Assembly (NCBI GenBank): GCA_022844165.1
Contig: JALHMH010000001.1
Span: 1-64,000 of the forward strand
Reading direction: 5' to 3'
Length of the DNA stretch: 64,000 nt
Origin: Lysobacterales bacterium
GTDB lineage: Bacteria > Pseudomonadota > Gammaproteobacteria > Xanthomonadales > SZUA-5
Program-made: the position numbers and the translations under genes
The notes under the pieces: model-generated
What the model was told of the DNA's origin: nothing
The model's database searches: none
Seen by the model: only the letters and a program-made list of their open reading frames with translations
In this document: positions 1 to 9,029 of the stretch, piece after piece
Position numbering within the stretch: position 1 is the first letter of the stretch
Layout: each line of letters begins with the position of its first letter

Positions 1-77
1 CCCATGAACAGCAGCACCGAAAACGAAGTGACCAAGAGCAGTCCCAGGCCCCACCACAACCGCTGCGTTGTTCGCAT
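1..77 (-). CDS. norB: N-terminus (partial, runs off window) of probable quinol-dependent nitric oxide reductase (qNor)
   Basis: Minus-strand translation from ATG at 77: MRTTQRLWWGLGLLLVTSFSVLLFMG, resembling the first TM helix of qNor proteins; GGAG RBS at 87-90; lies downstream of an FNR gene and FNR-like box. Only 25 residues visible. Confidence 0.6.
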   Translation of the reverse strand, partial: MRTTQRLWWGLGLLLVTSFSVLLFM

Positions 78-136
78 CGCACCATTCTCCAAAATCGGAC
101 GATGACGATGCTCCGGCGTATGTCTATTGCCGCGCT

Positions 137-150
137 CTGATCTAAATCAG
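137..150. promoter_or_regulatory. FNR/DNR-type box CTGAT-CTAA-ATCAG upstream of putative norB
   Basis: 5-4-5 inverted repeat resembling TTGAT-N4-ATCAA, ~60 bp upstream of the ATG at 77; overlaps the fnr stop codon. Confidence 0.6.
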
Positions 151-879
151 ACGCAGCACACTCTTGCCCAGTTCCCTGAGCCGCGTTCGGTTGTGCAGCG
201 TCATCTCACGGCGCTCCACCTCGATCAGTCCGTCGTCCTGAAAGCGCCGCAGCACGCGGCTCACTGTTTCCGGCGCCAGCCTGAGATAGTTGGCAATGTC
301 GGCGCGCGACATCATCAAATGCAATCGGGTTGCCGAATAGCCGCGTTGCGCCTGACGGTCGGCCAAATCGATCAAGAACGCTGCGAGTCGCTCGTCGGCG
401 CTGAAATCGCCAGAGAGCATCGACGCCTTGTTGATATCTCTGCTCATCAGGCGGAACAGCTGCTGTTGCAGCACTGGCATTCGGGTTGCCAGCGTGGCGA
501 TCGCGGGAAACGAGAATCGACATAGTGTCGTCGTATCGAGCGTCTGCGCCGTACACGGGTACTGATCGCGATGCACGCCGTTCAATCCAATGAGTTCGCC
601 AGGCAAGAAAAATCCCAGCAACTGCTCCCGGCCTTGCTCGTCGATCACGAACGTCTTCACGGCACCGGCTCGCACGGCATAAACTGCGCCGAAGCCATCA
701 TGCTCGCGGAAGATCGCGGTGGCTGCCGGATACGGTCCGATGTGTTCGATCAGGCAATGCAATTCGGCCAACTCTGGCTTTCCGAAGCCATGCGGCAAAC
801 AGACACTTGCGAACGCGCACGTGCTGCAAAAGCGCGTGCCGTCGGCGTCGCCGTCCATCGCTAATTCTTCGAACGCCAT
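142..879 (-). CDS. fnr: FNR-type (Crp/Fnr family) transcriptional regulator
   Basis: N-terminal CSTCAFASVC cysteine cluster, internal YPC cysteine, cNMP-binding fold, HTH with IANYLRLAPETVSR. Confidence 0.9.
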   Translation of the reverse strand: MAFEELAMDGDADGTRFCSTCAFASVCLPHGFGKPELAELHCLIEHIGPYPAATAIFREHDGFGAVYAVRAGAVKTFVIDEQGREQLLGFFLPGELIGLNGVHRDQYPCTAQTLDTTTLCRFSFPAIATLATRMPVLQQQLFRLMSRDINKASMLSGDFSADERLAAFLIDLADRQAQRGYSATRLHLMMSRADIANYLRLAPETVSRVLRRFQDDGLIEVERREMTLHNRTRLRELGKSVLRLI

Positions 880-1074
880 AGTTGCCTTTTTGTCTTGCGC
901 TCACAATAAGACGGGCTGCGCAAGCATCTGGCACGCCGGACTCACCGACGTCGCAAAATACACGACGCAGCCATTCACCTGTGATCAGCGCGACATCGGC
1001 GAATTCGCCGTCCGATTGCGCTGTGACATTCGAATGCAGGTGGACATGCGGTTACAGCACGGCCTTGTTTATCG

Positions 1075-1779
1075 TCAGCGATCATTGCCACGTGGCGAAG
1101 AAGGTTCGCGTTGCCGGCGACCATCCCAGCGCTCGAACAGCGCGGCGAGATACGGGTAGGTTTCGCAGCACGCGTATGCGATGACGATCGCGAACGAGAG
1201 CCTGCGTTCCTCCGCCAGCGTCGGCCAGGACTCGGCCAACATTTCGTCGGCAAGCCGGTAAATGAAGGGCCCGAAGATGACGAAGGCAAACACGCAGATG
1301 GCACGGTGCCAGACCGGCTTTTTCGGATTCGGTGTCTTGCCGGAGCGCTTTTCCTGCTCGTAGTGATGCAGCAGCCGCCAGGACATGAACACAAAGAAGG
1401 GCAGGCTGAACAAAAGCGTCGGCGCCGCGCGCGCGACGATGGGCCACAGGGCAGTGGCCGTTGGCGCAGTGATCTCCAGCCACGTCGATCCCATCGGCAG
1501 CGCGACACCCAGGCCCCAGATGATGGTGAACACCACAACGGCGGAGGTGATGGACTTGGTCGGACCTGGATTGCCAGCCTTGTGCTTCACGTCCGACCAG
1601 AACATCAGCGAGCCGGCCAAGCAGGCAACCACCCACAGCTGCAGCAAGTAGGCCAGCACGAAACTGGCCGGCGTCATGGCGAACAGCAGACCGGTGAGGC
1701 CGAACGCGAAAGAGGCCATCGCCTGAAGCAACAACTGGCGCTGATCGAGGTTGCCAAAAAGATCTTCGGAGAGGCTCAT
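1075..1779 (-). CDS. Hypothetical multi-pass membrane protein
   Basis: ORF from MSLSEDLFG with about 6 hydrophobic segments; start uncertain (track extends to 1854). Confidence 0.65.
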   Translation of the reverse strand: MSLSEDLFGNLDQRQLLLQAMASFAFGLTGLLFAMTPASFVLAYLLQLWVVACLAGSLMFWSDVKHKAGNPGPTKSITSAVVVFTIIWGLGVALPMGSTWLEITAPTATALWPIVARAAPTLLFSLPFFVFMSWRLLHHYEQEKRSGKTPNPKKPVWHRAICVFAFVIFGPFIYRLADEMLAESWPTLAEERRLSFAIVIAYACCETYPYLAALFERWDGRRQREPSSPRGNDR

Positions 1780-1956
1780 TGGCGCTCCATAGCCCAACCA
1801 TCTGCGCGAATCATGCGGCGAGTTCGACCGCACTGCCGGACTGCGCGTTCCCAATCCGCCGCTTCAGGCAGAGGGTGCGGCGTGAAGTGCCGCGCCACTC
1901 CACCTCAATTTCCCGTCCTCCGGAATCACGCCTTTGTTCTTGCAGCGACTCGTCGA

Positions 1957-2986
1957 TCACCAGTTCGATTCCACCGCACCGCGATCGATAACGACGTTTG
2001 TGATGCGCGCATTCCCGTAGTAGTCCCGAACCTTGAGTGGCGTCGGGAAGTAGCTGTTCTCACCGCTGTTGATGGCTCTGGAGCCCGGCAGCGGTCGGTG
2101 ACTGGGATCCAGCATTGCCGGACTCCGCAGGTTATTTGTGCTTGAGGCGGCGAGCGTGCCTGACGGGCCGAGAACCAGCGTCGAGTAAAGGCTGTAACGC
2201 AGCTCTGTGGGTCGAAACAACTCGATGTCGGTCTGGCTGTTTTCGCTGGCGATGGTGTTTGCGATCAACGTCGGCGGAGAGGTAGCGCTAGTCGTTCCTT
2301 CGCCCAGCGTAAGGCCTACGGAGTTATTGCGCATGGTGCAGTTGATCACGCTGGCTATCGATGTTTGCCCCGTGCCTGGATTGTGGAATGTATCCAAAAA
2401 CAATCCGCGACTAGTGAGCAAAGCCTTGTTGTCGACGAACAGGCTGTTTTCGATGTGCACATCGTGGCGCAGCAGGGTGACGTCCAGGCCCATCTGCGCA
2501 TTGCGAAATGCGCTGCGGGATACCAACACCAGGCCATAGCGGCCGGCAGGCTCCGCGATGTTGTCAACAATGTTGATGGACCTGAAGCCATCAAAGTCGA
2601 TACGCTCGATCGTGAGATCGCTGGCTTGACGGGGAAACAAGCGAAAACCCTGTCCTTGTGCTTTCAGCCTGGTCATCGCAGCAGCGCTCAATCGCGTCGC
2701 GCAGCCTTCGTCGTAGCCACCGCGCAGCGCAAGGTCGCCGGTGATTTTTCCGCTGGAACCAAAGTCGAAATTGACATTGAACGATCCTTTCACCAGGCGA
2801 ATTTCGTCGTCTTCGGGACGCGCTCGCGGTCAGCAACGCGCTGTAAAGCCCAGTTTCCGAACTCACGCAGAACTGCGCAGCTTGACTCACTGAGCTGAGG
2901 CCCAGAACCAACAACCCGAGCATGCTGCGTTTCCAGGTTAGACGGGTGACACCAACCGTCGTTTGGCGGAAAGTGCGATGGCGCAT
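1957..2986 (-). pseudogene. Frameshifted secreted beta-helix / choice-of-anchor Q-like protein
   Basis: Signal peptide and AAQFCVSSETGLYSALLTASAS in one frame continue as EDDEIRLVKGSF...GDLALRGGYDEGC...DYYGNARITNVVIDRGAVE in another; 4 nt (TCCC) between in-frame codons at ~2814-2818. Confidence 0.7.
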
Positions 2987-3184
2987 GATTTTGCTCTCCG
3001 TATGCTTGGACTTCGGAGCTCGGTAGAGATCCGTATCAACGCATACGGTGTTTGTGCGGAAAGAGGGCCTGGTGCCGGGCCAGGAACTGCCGCACAGACA
3101 GGCGCGCGTCGCACACAACAGGCGACACAGTCATAGAGGCCTTGCAGGACTTGAGCGCGACGGTAGGGCGAACGCCGAAAGTTG

Positions 3185-3202
3185 TGTCGGAAATTTCTGA
3201 CA
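3185..3202. promoter_or_regulatory. Near-palindrome TGTCGGAAATTTCTGACA, possible regulator site
   Basis: 18-bp imperfect inverted repeat upstream of the minus-strand secreted gene. Confidence 0.35.
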
Positions 3203-3244
3203 GCGAACGTGATCCGGCTCGTCTGGGTGGTTCGCCGCGTAGCT

Positions 3245-3303
3245 GCGATTCCCTGCGGCGACTCCCTCGTTGTCCGCGACTCCCTGTCCCTACCGCGATT
3301 CCT
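3245..3303 (-). repeat. Array of four RGGA(A/G)TCGC motifs
   Basis: GCGATTCCC at 3245, GCGACTCCC at 3258 and 3276, GCGATTCCT at 3295. Confidence 0.7.
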
Positions 3304-3304
3304 C

Positions 3305-3462
3305 TAACACGTTGTTGAGAAGCGCACTTCCTGTGCGTTTCTCAAGTCGCGAGTCCGGCACATGTCCGGACTCGCTCTCCATGGATCAAGCACTTACGTG
3401 CTCGATCCATGTGCGAACCATCCATGGTTCGCGCCCGCAGGCAGTTTCTCAACAGCCTGCTA
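3305..3462. mobile_element. MITE/REP-like element with terminal inverted repeats and four internal hairpins (copy 1)
   Basis: Perfect 9-bp IR TGTTGAGAA (3313-3321)/TTCTCAACA (3446-3454) inside longer imperfect ends bounded by TA; hairpins at 3315-3345, 3349-3375, 3381-3410, 3411-3434; similar copy at 8893-9009. Confidence 0.7.
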
Positions 3463-3563
3463 AGTGTCGACCCTGGGGATTCCTGTCCGCGATACCTGGC
3501 GCTGCGAGTGTGCAAACGTGCCGGCACACGCGCCTTGCCGGCTCCATCGTGACCCGCTAGGCT

Positions 3564-3590
3564 ATGCATGCATTTTTCATGCGGAATGCA
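3564..3590. promoter_or_regulatory. Palindromic putative TA operator (ATGCATGCAT; TGCATT...AATGCA)
   Basis: Inverted repeats immediately upstream of the RHH antitoxin start. Confidence 0.45.
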
Positions 3591-3593
3591 GCC

Positions 3594-3836
3594 ATGCCGT
3601 CACTCCAAATTCGCGATCTTCCGGACGATGTTTATCAAAGCGTGCTTGTCGCCGCTCAAGTGGAGCAACGCAGTTTGTCCCAGCAGGCCATCGTGGAATT
3701 GCGTCGGGGTTTGGCTCTGGCCTCGAACGAGCGTCGCAGTGCCATCCTGCAACAACTGCATGCCAGCGGCAGGCGCTTGTCCACTACCGCCGCAAGTCCG
3801 GAAGCGCTGCAGCGCGAGGATCGCGAGGCGCGATGA
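3594..3836 (+). CDS. FitA-like ribbon-helix-helix antitoxin
   Basis: MPSLQIRDLPDDVY...RSLSQQ RHH signature, 80 aa, ATGA overlap with PIN toxin. Confidence 0.85.
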   Translation: MPSLQIRDLPDDVYQSVLVAAQVEQRSLSQQAIVELRRGLALASNERRSAILQQLHASGRRLSTTAASPEALQREDREAR

Positions 3837-4246
3837 GCAGTGTGATTGTGCTCGACGCATCTGCGGCGGTGCGTGCCGTGATGGATGCGGCCGCACAACC
3901 GGCGCTGCTCAATCGCTTAGGCTCCGCGGCCTTGGTGGTGGCACCCGCCTTGATGCGTATCGAGGCGGCCAACGCCCTTTGGAAGTACCAGCGTGCCGGT
4001 GTAATCACCCTTGATGAGGCGCACGCGCGCTATACGGAAATCACTGTGCTCGTGCATCGAGTCATCGATGAGCAGGCACTGTTCCCAGAAGCATTACAAC
4101 TCGCCGCCGACTGCGCACATCCTGTGTATGACGCCGTGTACGCGGTCACGGCAAGACGGCATGCCGCCAGCCTGCTGAGTTTTGATCGGCGACTCGATGG
4201 GCTTTGCCAGCGTGCCGGCATCCGCTGCGAGCTGTTCGCGTCATGA
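3833..4246 (+). CDS. vapC: PIN-domain VapC family toxin
   Basis: IVLDASA, EAANALWK, HPVYDAVY, LLSFDRRL motifs. Confidence 0.9.
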   Translation: MSSVIVLDASAAVRAVMDAAAQPALLNRLGSAALVVAPALMRIEAANALWKYQRAGVITLDEAHARYTEITVLVHRVIDEQALFPEALQLAADCAHPVYDAVYAVTARRHAASLLSFDRRLDGLCQRAGIRCELFAS

Positions 4247-4390
4247 TGCTGCTCGCCGAACTCAAGTGCCTACGCGGTTGGTGAGCGCCGGAGTTTTATC
4301 AGTTTGTGAAAGCGCGCGTACAAAACCAGTGTGGGTGATCGGGCAGGTAGCGGACGGGTATTGGTGAAACACCACGCAAGGAGGCAGCAC

Positions 4391-4440
4391 AGGAATCGCT
4401 GACAGCCAGGGAATCGCCAAGGAATTGCCAGGGAATTGCA
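4391..4440 (+). repeat. Direct repeats RGGAAT(C/T)GC, last three phased at 11 bp
   Basis: GGAAT at 4392, 4410, 4421, 4432, upstream of the ATG at 4515. Confidence 0.75.
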
Positions 4441-4514
4441 TGGCACTGTTCGCTTTCTGCTCCTTAGCGCATTCACTCACAAAGCAGCCTATGTCAGGCT
4501 CGGAGGAGAGATCA

Positions 4515-5297
4515 ATGCGCACCCTGGTTTTCAGCTTTCTGGCGCTCGCCAGCGCCCCGCTGCTCGCCTGTACCGCGATCACATCGTTGCCAGCGACGCT
4601 GAGCACGCCCGGCAACTACTGTCTTACCGGAGACCTCAATTTCGCCGGCAGCGGTTCGGCGATTGTCGTTGCCGCTAACGGTGTACACATCGACCTGAGG
4701 GGCTATGCCCTGCGCTCGGGAGGAACGGCCTCCAACACTGCCGTCCAGGTTGGCGCGGTGTCGAACTTCACACTGCGCAATGGACAAATCCAGAGCGTCA
4801 ATCGCGGTGTTTTTTGCTTTAACGCCACCGATGTGGAGGTGGAGGGTGTGCACTTCCAGACGGTAGGGCAGGCAGTGGTTACCCAGGCGTGCAACCATGC
4901 GCTGGTGCACAACAATCGGGTATTCGATTCGCTGGGAACGGCCATTCTGATCGGCGGGAGCACGGTCAGCGCGCCTGAATTTGTTGCCACCATTCGCGGC
5001 AACGAGATCTCCGCGGTGGGTGGACTGCAAACAGCGAGCTCGAGTGTTGTTTATGGCATCCAAAGCGAATTCGCCACCGCGCTGATCGACCACAACTACA
5101 TCGCTGGCGTCCGCGGCGCCGCAGGCTCGGCTGCCATCCGGGCCGGAGGGGGCAGTTTGATTTCCGACAACTTGATGGTCTCGTCGTCCGGCTCCGTGAG
5201 CTGCGTTGCCGGCTCGCCATCCGAAAAATCCACGCGCAACGTCACAGAGAACGGCCTGGTCGGCTATGTCTCGTGCCTGTCCCAAGATAACTACTGA
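4515..5297 (+). CDS. Secreted right-handed beta-helix protein
   Basis: RBS GGAGGAG, signal peptide, CTAITSLPATLSTPGNYCLTGDL...IDLRGY...LRNGQI and repeated N-x-I strands. Confidence 0.8.
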   Translation: MRTLVFSFLALASAPLLACTAITSLPATLSTPGNYCLTGDLNFAGSGSAIVVAANGVHIDLRGYALRSGGTASNTAVQVGAVSNFTLRNGQIQSVNRGVFCFNATDVEVEGVHFQTVGQAVVTQACNHALVHNNRVFDSLGTAILIGGSTVSAPEFVATIRGNEISAVGGLQTASSSVVYGIQSEFATALIDHNYIAGVRGAAGSAAIRAGGGSLISDNLMVSSSGSVSCVAGSPSEKSTRNVTENGLVGYVSCLSQDNY

Positions 5298-5311
5298 TCG
5301 GAGCCCCAGCC

Positions 5312-6112
5312 ATGCGAGCAACTTATCTGGTCGCCACCCTCTGCGCGCTCAGCAGCGCCCACAGCCTGGCTTGCACGCCCATCGCGAGCGTGCCGTTTAC
5401 GATTGCAGCGCCCGGTACCTATTGCTTAGCCGGCGATCTGAGCGAGTCCACCGGCGGCTACGCCATCACCGTGAATGCAGACTTCGTGACTATCGATTTT
5501 CGCGGCTATTCGATCACCGGAGTTGGCACTCATTTCGGGGCCGGCGTACATGGATTTGCACGCCGCAATGTCATCGTTCGAAACGGCAGTTTGCGGCGTT
5601 TCTCGGACGGCATATTTTTCCAACAGAGCTTCAACATCGTGGTTGAAAACATGGCAGTCAGCAACACCAGCCATGCCATCCGCTTGCCCACCAGTGCCCA
5701 CGCGAGCGTCCGCGCCAACCGAATCGCCGATGTCAACGCCTATGGTATCCACTACTACGTACCGATCTCTCCAGTTTTGCCCATTGCGCTCGATCACAGC
5801 ATGATCTTTCGCGACAACGTGATCTCGGATGTCGGCAAACTTTTCGGAGGCGCTTCCGTGATCGGCGGCTATGGCATCGTCGCCAACGGATACAGTTCGG
5901 CCATCATCCACAACAATTCCATTGGCGGCGTTCGCGGCGCCGGCGGTTCTGGCGCCCTTGTCGTGGGCAACAGTGGGCTTGTGGTCGAGAACAAGATCGC
6001 AAGCTCCGTGGCCGGCATTCAATGCACTGGCGGAAGTCCGAAGTCCGTGCGCAACGTGCTGGCCAACGGCCTCAGCGCGGGCAGCTCTTGCTTGAAGTAC
6101 GACAATTTCTAA
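5312..6112 (+). CDS. Secreted right-handed beta-helix protein, paralog of 4515..5297
   Basis: CTPIASVPFTIAAPGTYCLAGDL...IDFRGY...VRNGSL; shared GVRGA and KS-x-RNV...CL-x-x-DN C-terminus. Confidence 0.8.
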   Translation: MRATYLVATLCALSSAHSLACTPIASVPFTIAAPGTYCLAGDLSESTGGYAITVNADFVTIDFRGYSITGVGTHFGAGVHGFARRNVIVRNGSLRRFSDGIFFQQSFNIVVENMAVSNTSHAIRLPTSAHASVRANRIADVNAYGIHYYVPISPVLPIALDHSMIFRDNVISDVGKLFGGASVIGGYGIVANGYSSAIIHNNSIGGVRGAGGSGALVVGNSGLVVENKIASSVAGIQCTGGSPKSVRNVLANGLSAGSSCLKYDNF

Positions 6113-6140
6113 CGCGTTGCTGACAGGCAGGGACGAGACC

Positions 6141-6182
6141 GGGATTGGACAGCCACTGGACGGGATTGGACAGAATTGGACG
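6141..6182 (+). repeat. Short direct repeats (TGGAC core, 10-11 bp period)
   Basis: TGGAC at 6146, 6157, 6167, 6177. Confidence 0.6.
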
Positions 6183-6199
6183 GCCACAAGTCATCGGTG

Positions 6200-6373
6200 G
6201 CTGTCCTCTGGCGCTGTCCTCTGGCGCTATGGCCAGACCCAGCGCATCGCGACGCCGCGCGGGCGCTGCTCGAAGGCGCCATCGCGGCAATGGAGAAAAA
6301 GGAAATGGGCTGGCATCCCCTGATCAAGCGCGCGCGAAGCGTTATCGGCCAACAAGACAGCATGCCGGACTAA
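6200..6373 (+). pseudogene. Probable C-terminal gene remnant (helical/TPR-like)
   Basis: LALWPDPAHRDAARALLEGAIAAMEKKEMGWHPLIKRAR with no convincing start; preceded by 13-bp tandem duplication GCTGTCCTCTGGC. Confidence 0.35.
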
Positions 6374-6958
6374 CCTAAGGCCCGAAGCATGGAGCCGAGG
6401 GCTGGGCGCCGTTAGTGAGCGCAGGACGCGCGAGCTTGCGGCGCTAAAAGCCAACTGCTCGACGACGAAGCAGCCCTTGCTGCGATTCGCGCCGCCAGTA
6501 TGCGTGATCCACGAGTGCTCGATGAGGTTTACGCCAAGCTCATGCCGGCGCTGGTGGAATCCCCTTTCTCTGTCGATGATTCCGAGCGCATGGACCGACA
6601 GCGGATCGCGCGGTACCTCGAAATCATTGAATCGACGACAAGTGACTTCGTGCCAGGCGCCACCCGGCCCTGGCGACTTTTCGGCGACATCGTCGTCTCT
6701 AGCCTCCAGCTTGGTTCAATGAGACGGGCCAACTTCAAAAGGCGAGAGGCAGTTATGGGCGAGTATCAAGGCTCGGCACTTGCGCCGACTTTTTCGACGG
6801 TTTCGGTTGGATCTTCAATTGCCTCATCAACCGAACAGCGACCGAGTCGAGCGACGAAACCGAGTTCAACTGCTGTCGAGGCGCAATCGCGGAACAGGAC
6901 CGAAGAGCCATGCCTCAGATTTGCGCGACTGGACGACAGGTGGCGGAGGGAGCGGAAA

Positions 6959-7663
6959 ATGGTTCGCGATCTTGATGAAGTGCCGATTCGTGCTTTGATC
7001 GTTGAGGACAATCGCGACATCTGCGCCAACATCGCGAAATACCTGGAAAGGCTGAACTACGTCTTGGATTTTGCGCATGACGGGATAACGGCGATGCACT
7101 TGGCGTTGGCGAACCGGTTCGACGTGATTGTTCTGGACCTGACGATTCCAAGGATGGATGGCCTTGTGTTGTGCCAAAAGCTCAAGGCTGATGACAAAGT
7201 AGAGGCGGCGGTTCTCATGTTAACGGCGAGAGACACCCTTGACGATCGCCTCAGGGGTTTCGCTGCCGGCGCTGACGACTACCTGGTCAAACCATTTTCA
7301 TTGCAGGAGCTTCACGCACGCGTGCTGGCTCTCTGTAAGCGAAGTCGTCGAAATGGCGGAAAGGTGCTGACGGTTGGCGATCTGACATTGAATCGGTCCA
7401 CCATGCAAGTTCATCGTGCCGGGCGGCGTATCGAGATCAACCCTGCTGGTATGAAATTGCTACAACGCCTCATGGAGGCGTCGCCGTCTGTGGTTGCTCG
7501 CGATGATCTGGAAGTCTTGTTGTGGGCTGACGAACCTCCAAACGGCGATGCGCTTCGTTCCCACATGTACAAGCTGCGGCAGGCCGTGGACAGACCGTTT
7601 GATAGTCCTTTAATCCATACGGTGCATCGCACCGGATATCGAATTGCCGAGGATCAAAATTAG
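6959..7663 (+). CDS. OmpR-family response regulator (ColR-like)
   Basis: LIVEDN, FDVIVLDL, MLTARD, GADDYLVKPF, LRSHMYKLR, IHTVHRTGY; ATG after GGAGG at 6959. Confidence 0.92.
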   Translation: MVRDLDEVPIRALIVEDNRDICANIAKYLERLNYVLDFAHDGITAMHLALANRFDVIVLDLTIPRMDGLVLCQKLKADDKVEAAVLMLTARDTLDDRLRGFAAGADDYLVKPFSLQELHARVLALCKRSRRNGGKVLTVGDLTLNRSTMQVHRAGRRIEINPAGMKLLQRLMEASPSVVARDDLEVLLWADEPPNGDALRSHMYKLRQAVDRPFDSPLIHTVHRTGYRIAEDQN

Positions 7664-8892
7664 TGCAAAGGCGCAGTCTGCGCAAACGTGTTGAGTTTGC
7701 GTTTGTCATTTGCTTCGTCTGGCTCAGCGCAACCTGGGGCTTTGCTTTCGTTGCGGCGATTAGATTAAGCGAGGATCGCGTTTTAACGAATCAATTGCTG
7801 GCGGCTGCCGAGAACTATCCTGAACTTCCGACGAACCCTCGCGGATATGACGACGCTAGCGGTTTGCCGGAGACATTAAGGGATTGGGCCAATACCGATC
7901 CCGATGAAGGCTTGTATGAATTTGTTGAGGAAGAGCTCCATGTGGCGGTGATATCGATCGAAAGCGAGCGACGCGCTTTTGTCGTACTCGACGTGGCCGG
8001 ATTGGAGGCTTCGTCGTCTGAGGATTGGTGGTTGCTGCTCGCGATTATCGTCCTCCTGATTTTAGTTGGTTCATTTGGTTTTTGGCTTGGGATTCACGTG
8101 ATGCGGAAAGCTGTCGAGCCCGTCGTTCAGCTCGCCGGCATGGTTTCGACAATTGACGTGGAGCACTTGCCGGCCGGAAATCGCGAAGTCATAAAGGCCG
8201 GCCAATTCGATAACGATGAGGTCGGTGTGCTTGCCGAGACGATCAAGAGAGCTTTCGAGCGTGTTAATGCCTTCATCGTCAGGGAACGGTACTTCACTGG
8301 CTGGGCCAGTCACGAGCTGCGGACGCCTGTCACGGTCATGATGGGCGCTCTCGAATTACTGGAAGGGAGTAAGCTCTCAGACGACGACGCCCAGGCTGTG
8401 GAACGGGCGAGGCGCGCTACAGTTGAAATGAATACGACGATTGAGATGTTTTTGTCCCTCGTCCGGGAGAAAGATGTGCAATCGTCCAATGAGCTTTTCT
8501 TTGTGGCGCCCCTGGTGAAGCAAGCGATAGAGCAGCAACAACATTTGCTGACCGGAAAGCTTATTGACGTTAATGTAAGCGGTGTCGACCAGGCAAAGGC
8601 CTACGGAAATCCCAGGGCTTTTTTGATCACGCTCAACAATCTTGTGCGTAACGCATTCGAACATACGTCCCCGGAGCAGGGGTCGATAAAAGTGATTATA
8701 AACAATGGCGAGTTACTGATCACAAACAACATTGGGGGCAGTCCGGTGGGGGAAAAAATACCATCGGAATCATCGTCGTTTCATGGCTATGGCCTTGGTT
8801 TGGTTATCGTGCAACGGTTATGTTCACTCAACGGTTGGTCGTTTTCTCTGCGGCTCGATGATGCGCATGCTACGGCCTGCTTGTCATGGTAA
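7663..8892 (+). CDS. Sensor histidine kinase (ColS-like)
   Basis: Two TM helices, HAMP, H-box ASHELRTP, N-box NLVRNAFEH, GYGLGLVIV. Confidence 0.92.
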   Translation: MQRRSLRKRVEFAFVICFVWLSATWGFAFVAAIRLSEDRVLTNQLLAAAENYPELPTNPRGYDDASGLPETLRDWANTDPDEGLYEFVEEELHVAVISIESERRAFVVLDVAGLEASSSEDWWLLLAIIVLLILVGSFGFWLGIHVMRKAVEPVVQLAGMVSTIDVEHLPAGNREVIKAGQFDNDEVGVLAETIKRAFERVNAFIVRERYFTGWASHELRTPVTVMMGALELLEGSKLSDDDAQAVERARRATVEMNTTIEMFLSLVREKDVQSSNELFFVAPLVKQAIEQQQHLLTGKLIDVNVSGVDQAKAYGNPRAFLITLNNLVRNAFEHTSPEQGSIKVIINNGELLITNNIGGSPVGEKIPSESSSFHGYGLGLVIVQRLCSLNGWSFSLRLDDAHATACLSW

Positions 8893-9009
8893 TGTTGAAA
8901 AACGCACTTCCTGTGTTTTCTCATGTCGCGAGTCCGGCGCGTGTCCAGACTCGCTCTTCATGGATCAAGCGCTGTGCTTGATCCATCAATGTCGGTGTAC
9001 GTTCTCAAC
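8893..9009. mobile_element. MITE/REP-like element (copy 2)
   Basis: TGTTGAAAAACGCACTTCCTGTG...GCGAGTCCGG...GACTCGC...ATGGATCAAGC...GCTTGATCCAT...TTCTCAAC, closely matching 3313-3453. Confidence 0.75.
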
Positions 9010-9029
9010 CCGTAAAGAGGAGTGATTTT

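Noticed and set aside
3245-6182. Short repeat arrays as CRISPR
   Set aside because: Units are 5-11 bp with no 25-40 bp repeats or unique spacers, and no cas genes.
6368-6417. Possible integron attC site (GACTAAC...GTTAGTG)
   Set aside because: Only ~50 bp, no convincing L boxes, no integrase or repeated cassette array in the window.
6500-6958. N-terminal extension of the 387-aa response regulator ORF
   Set aside because: The receiver domain and a good RBS start at 6959; the upstream part looks like read-through of a remnant and non-coding DNA.
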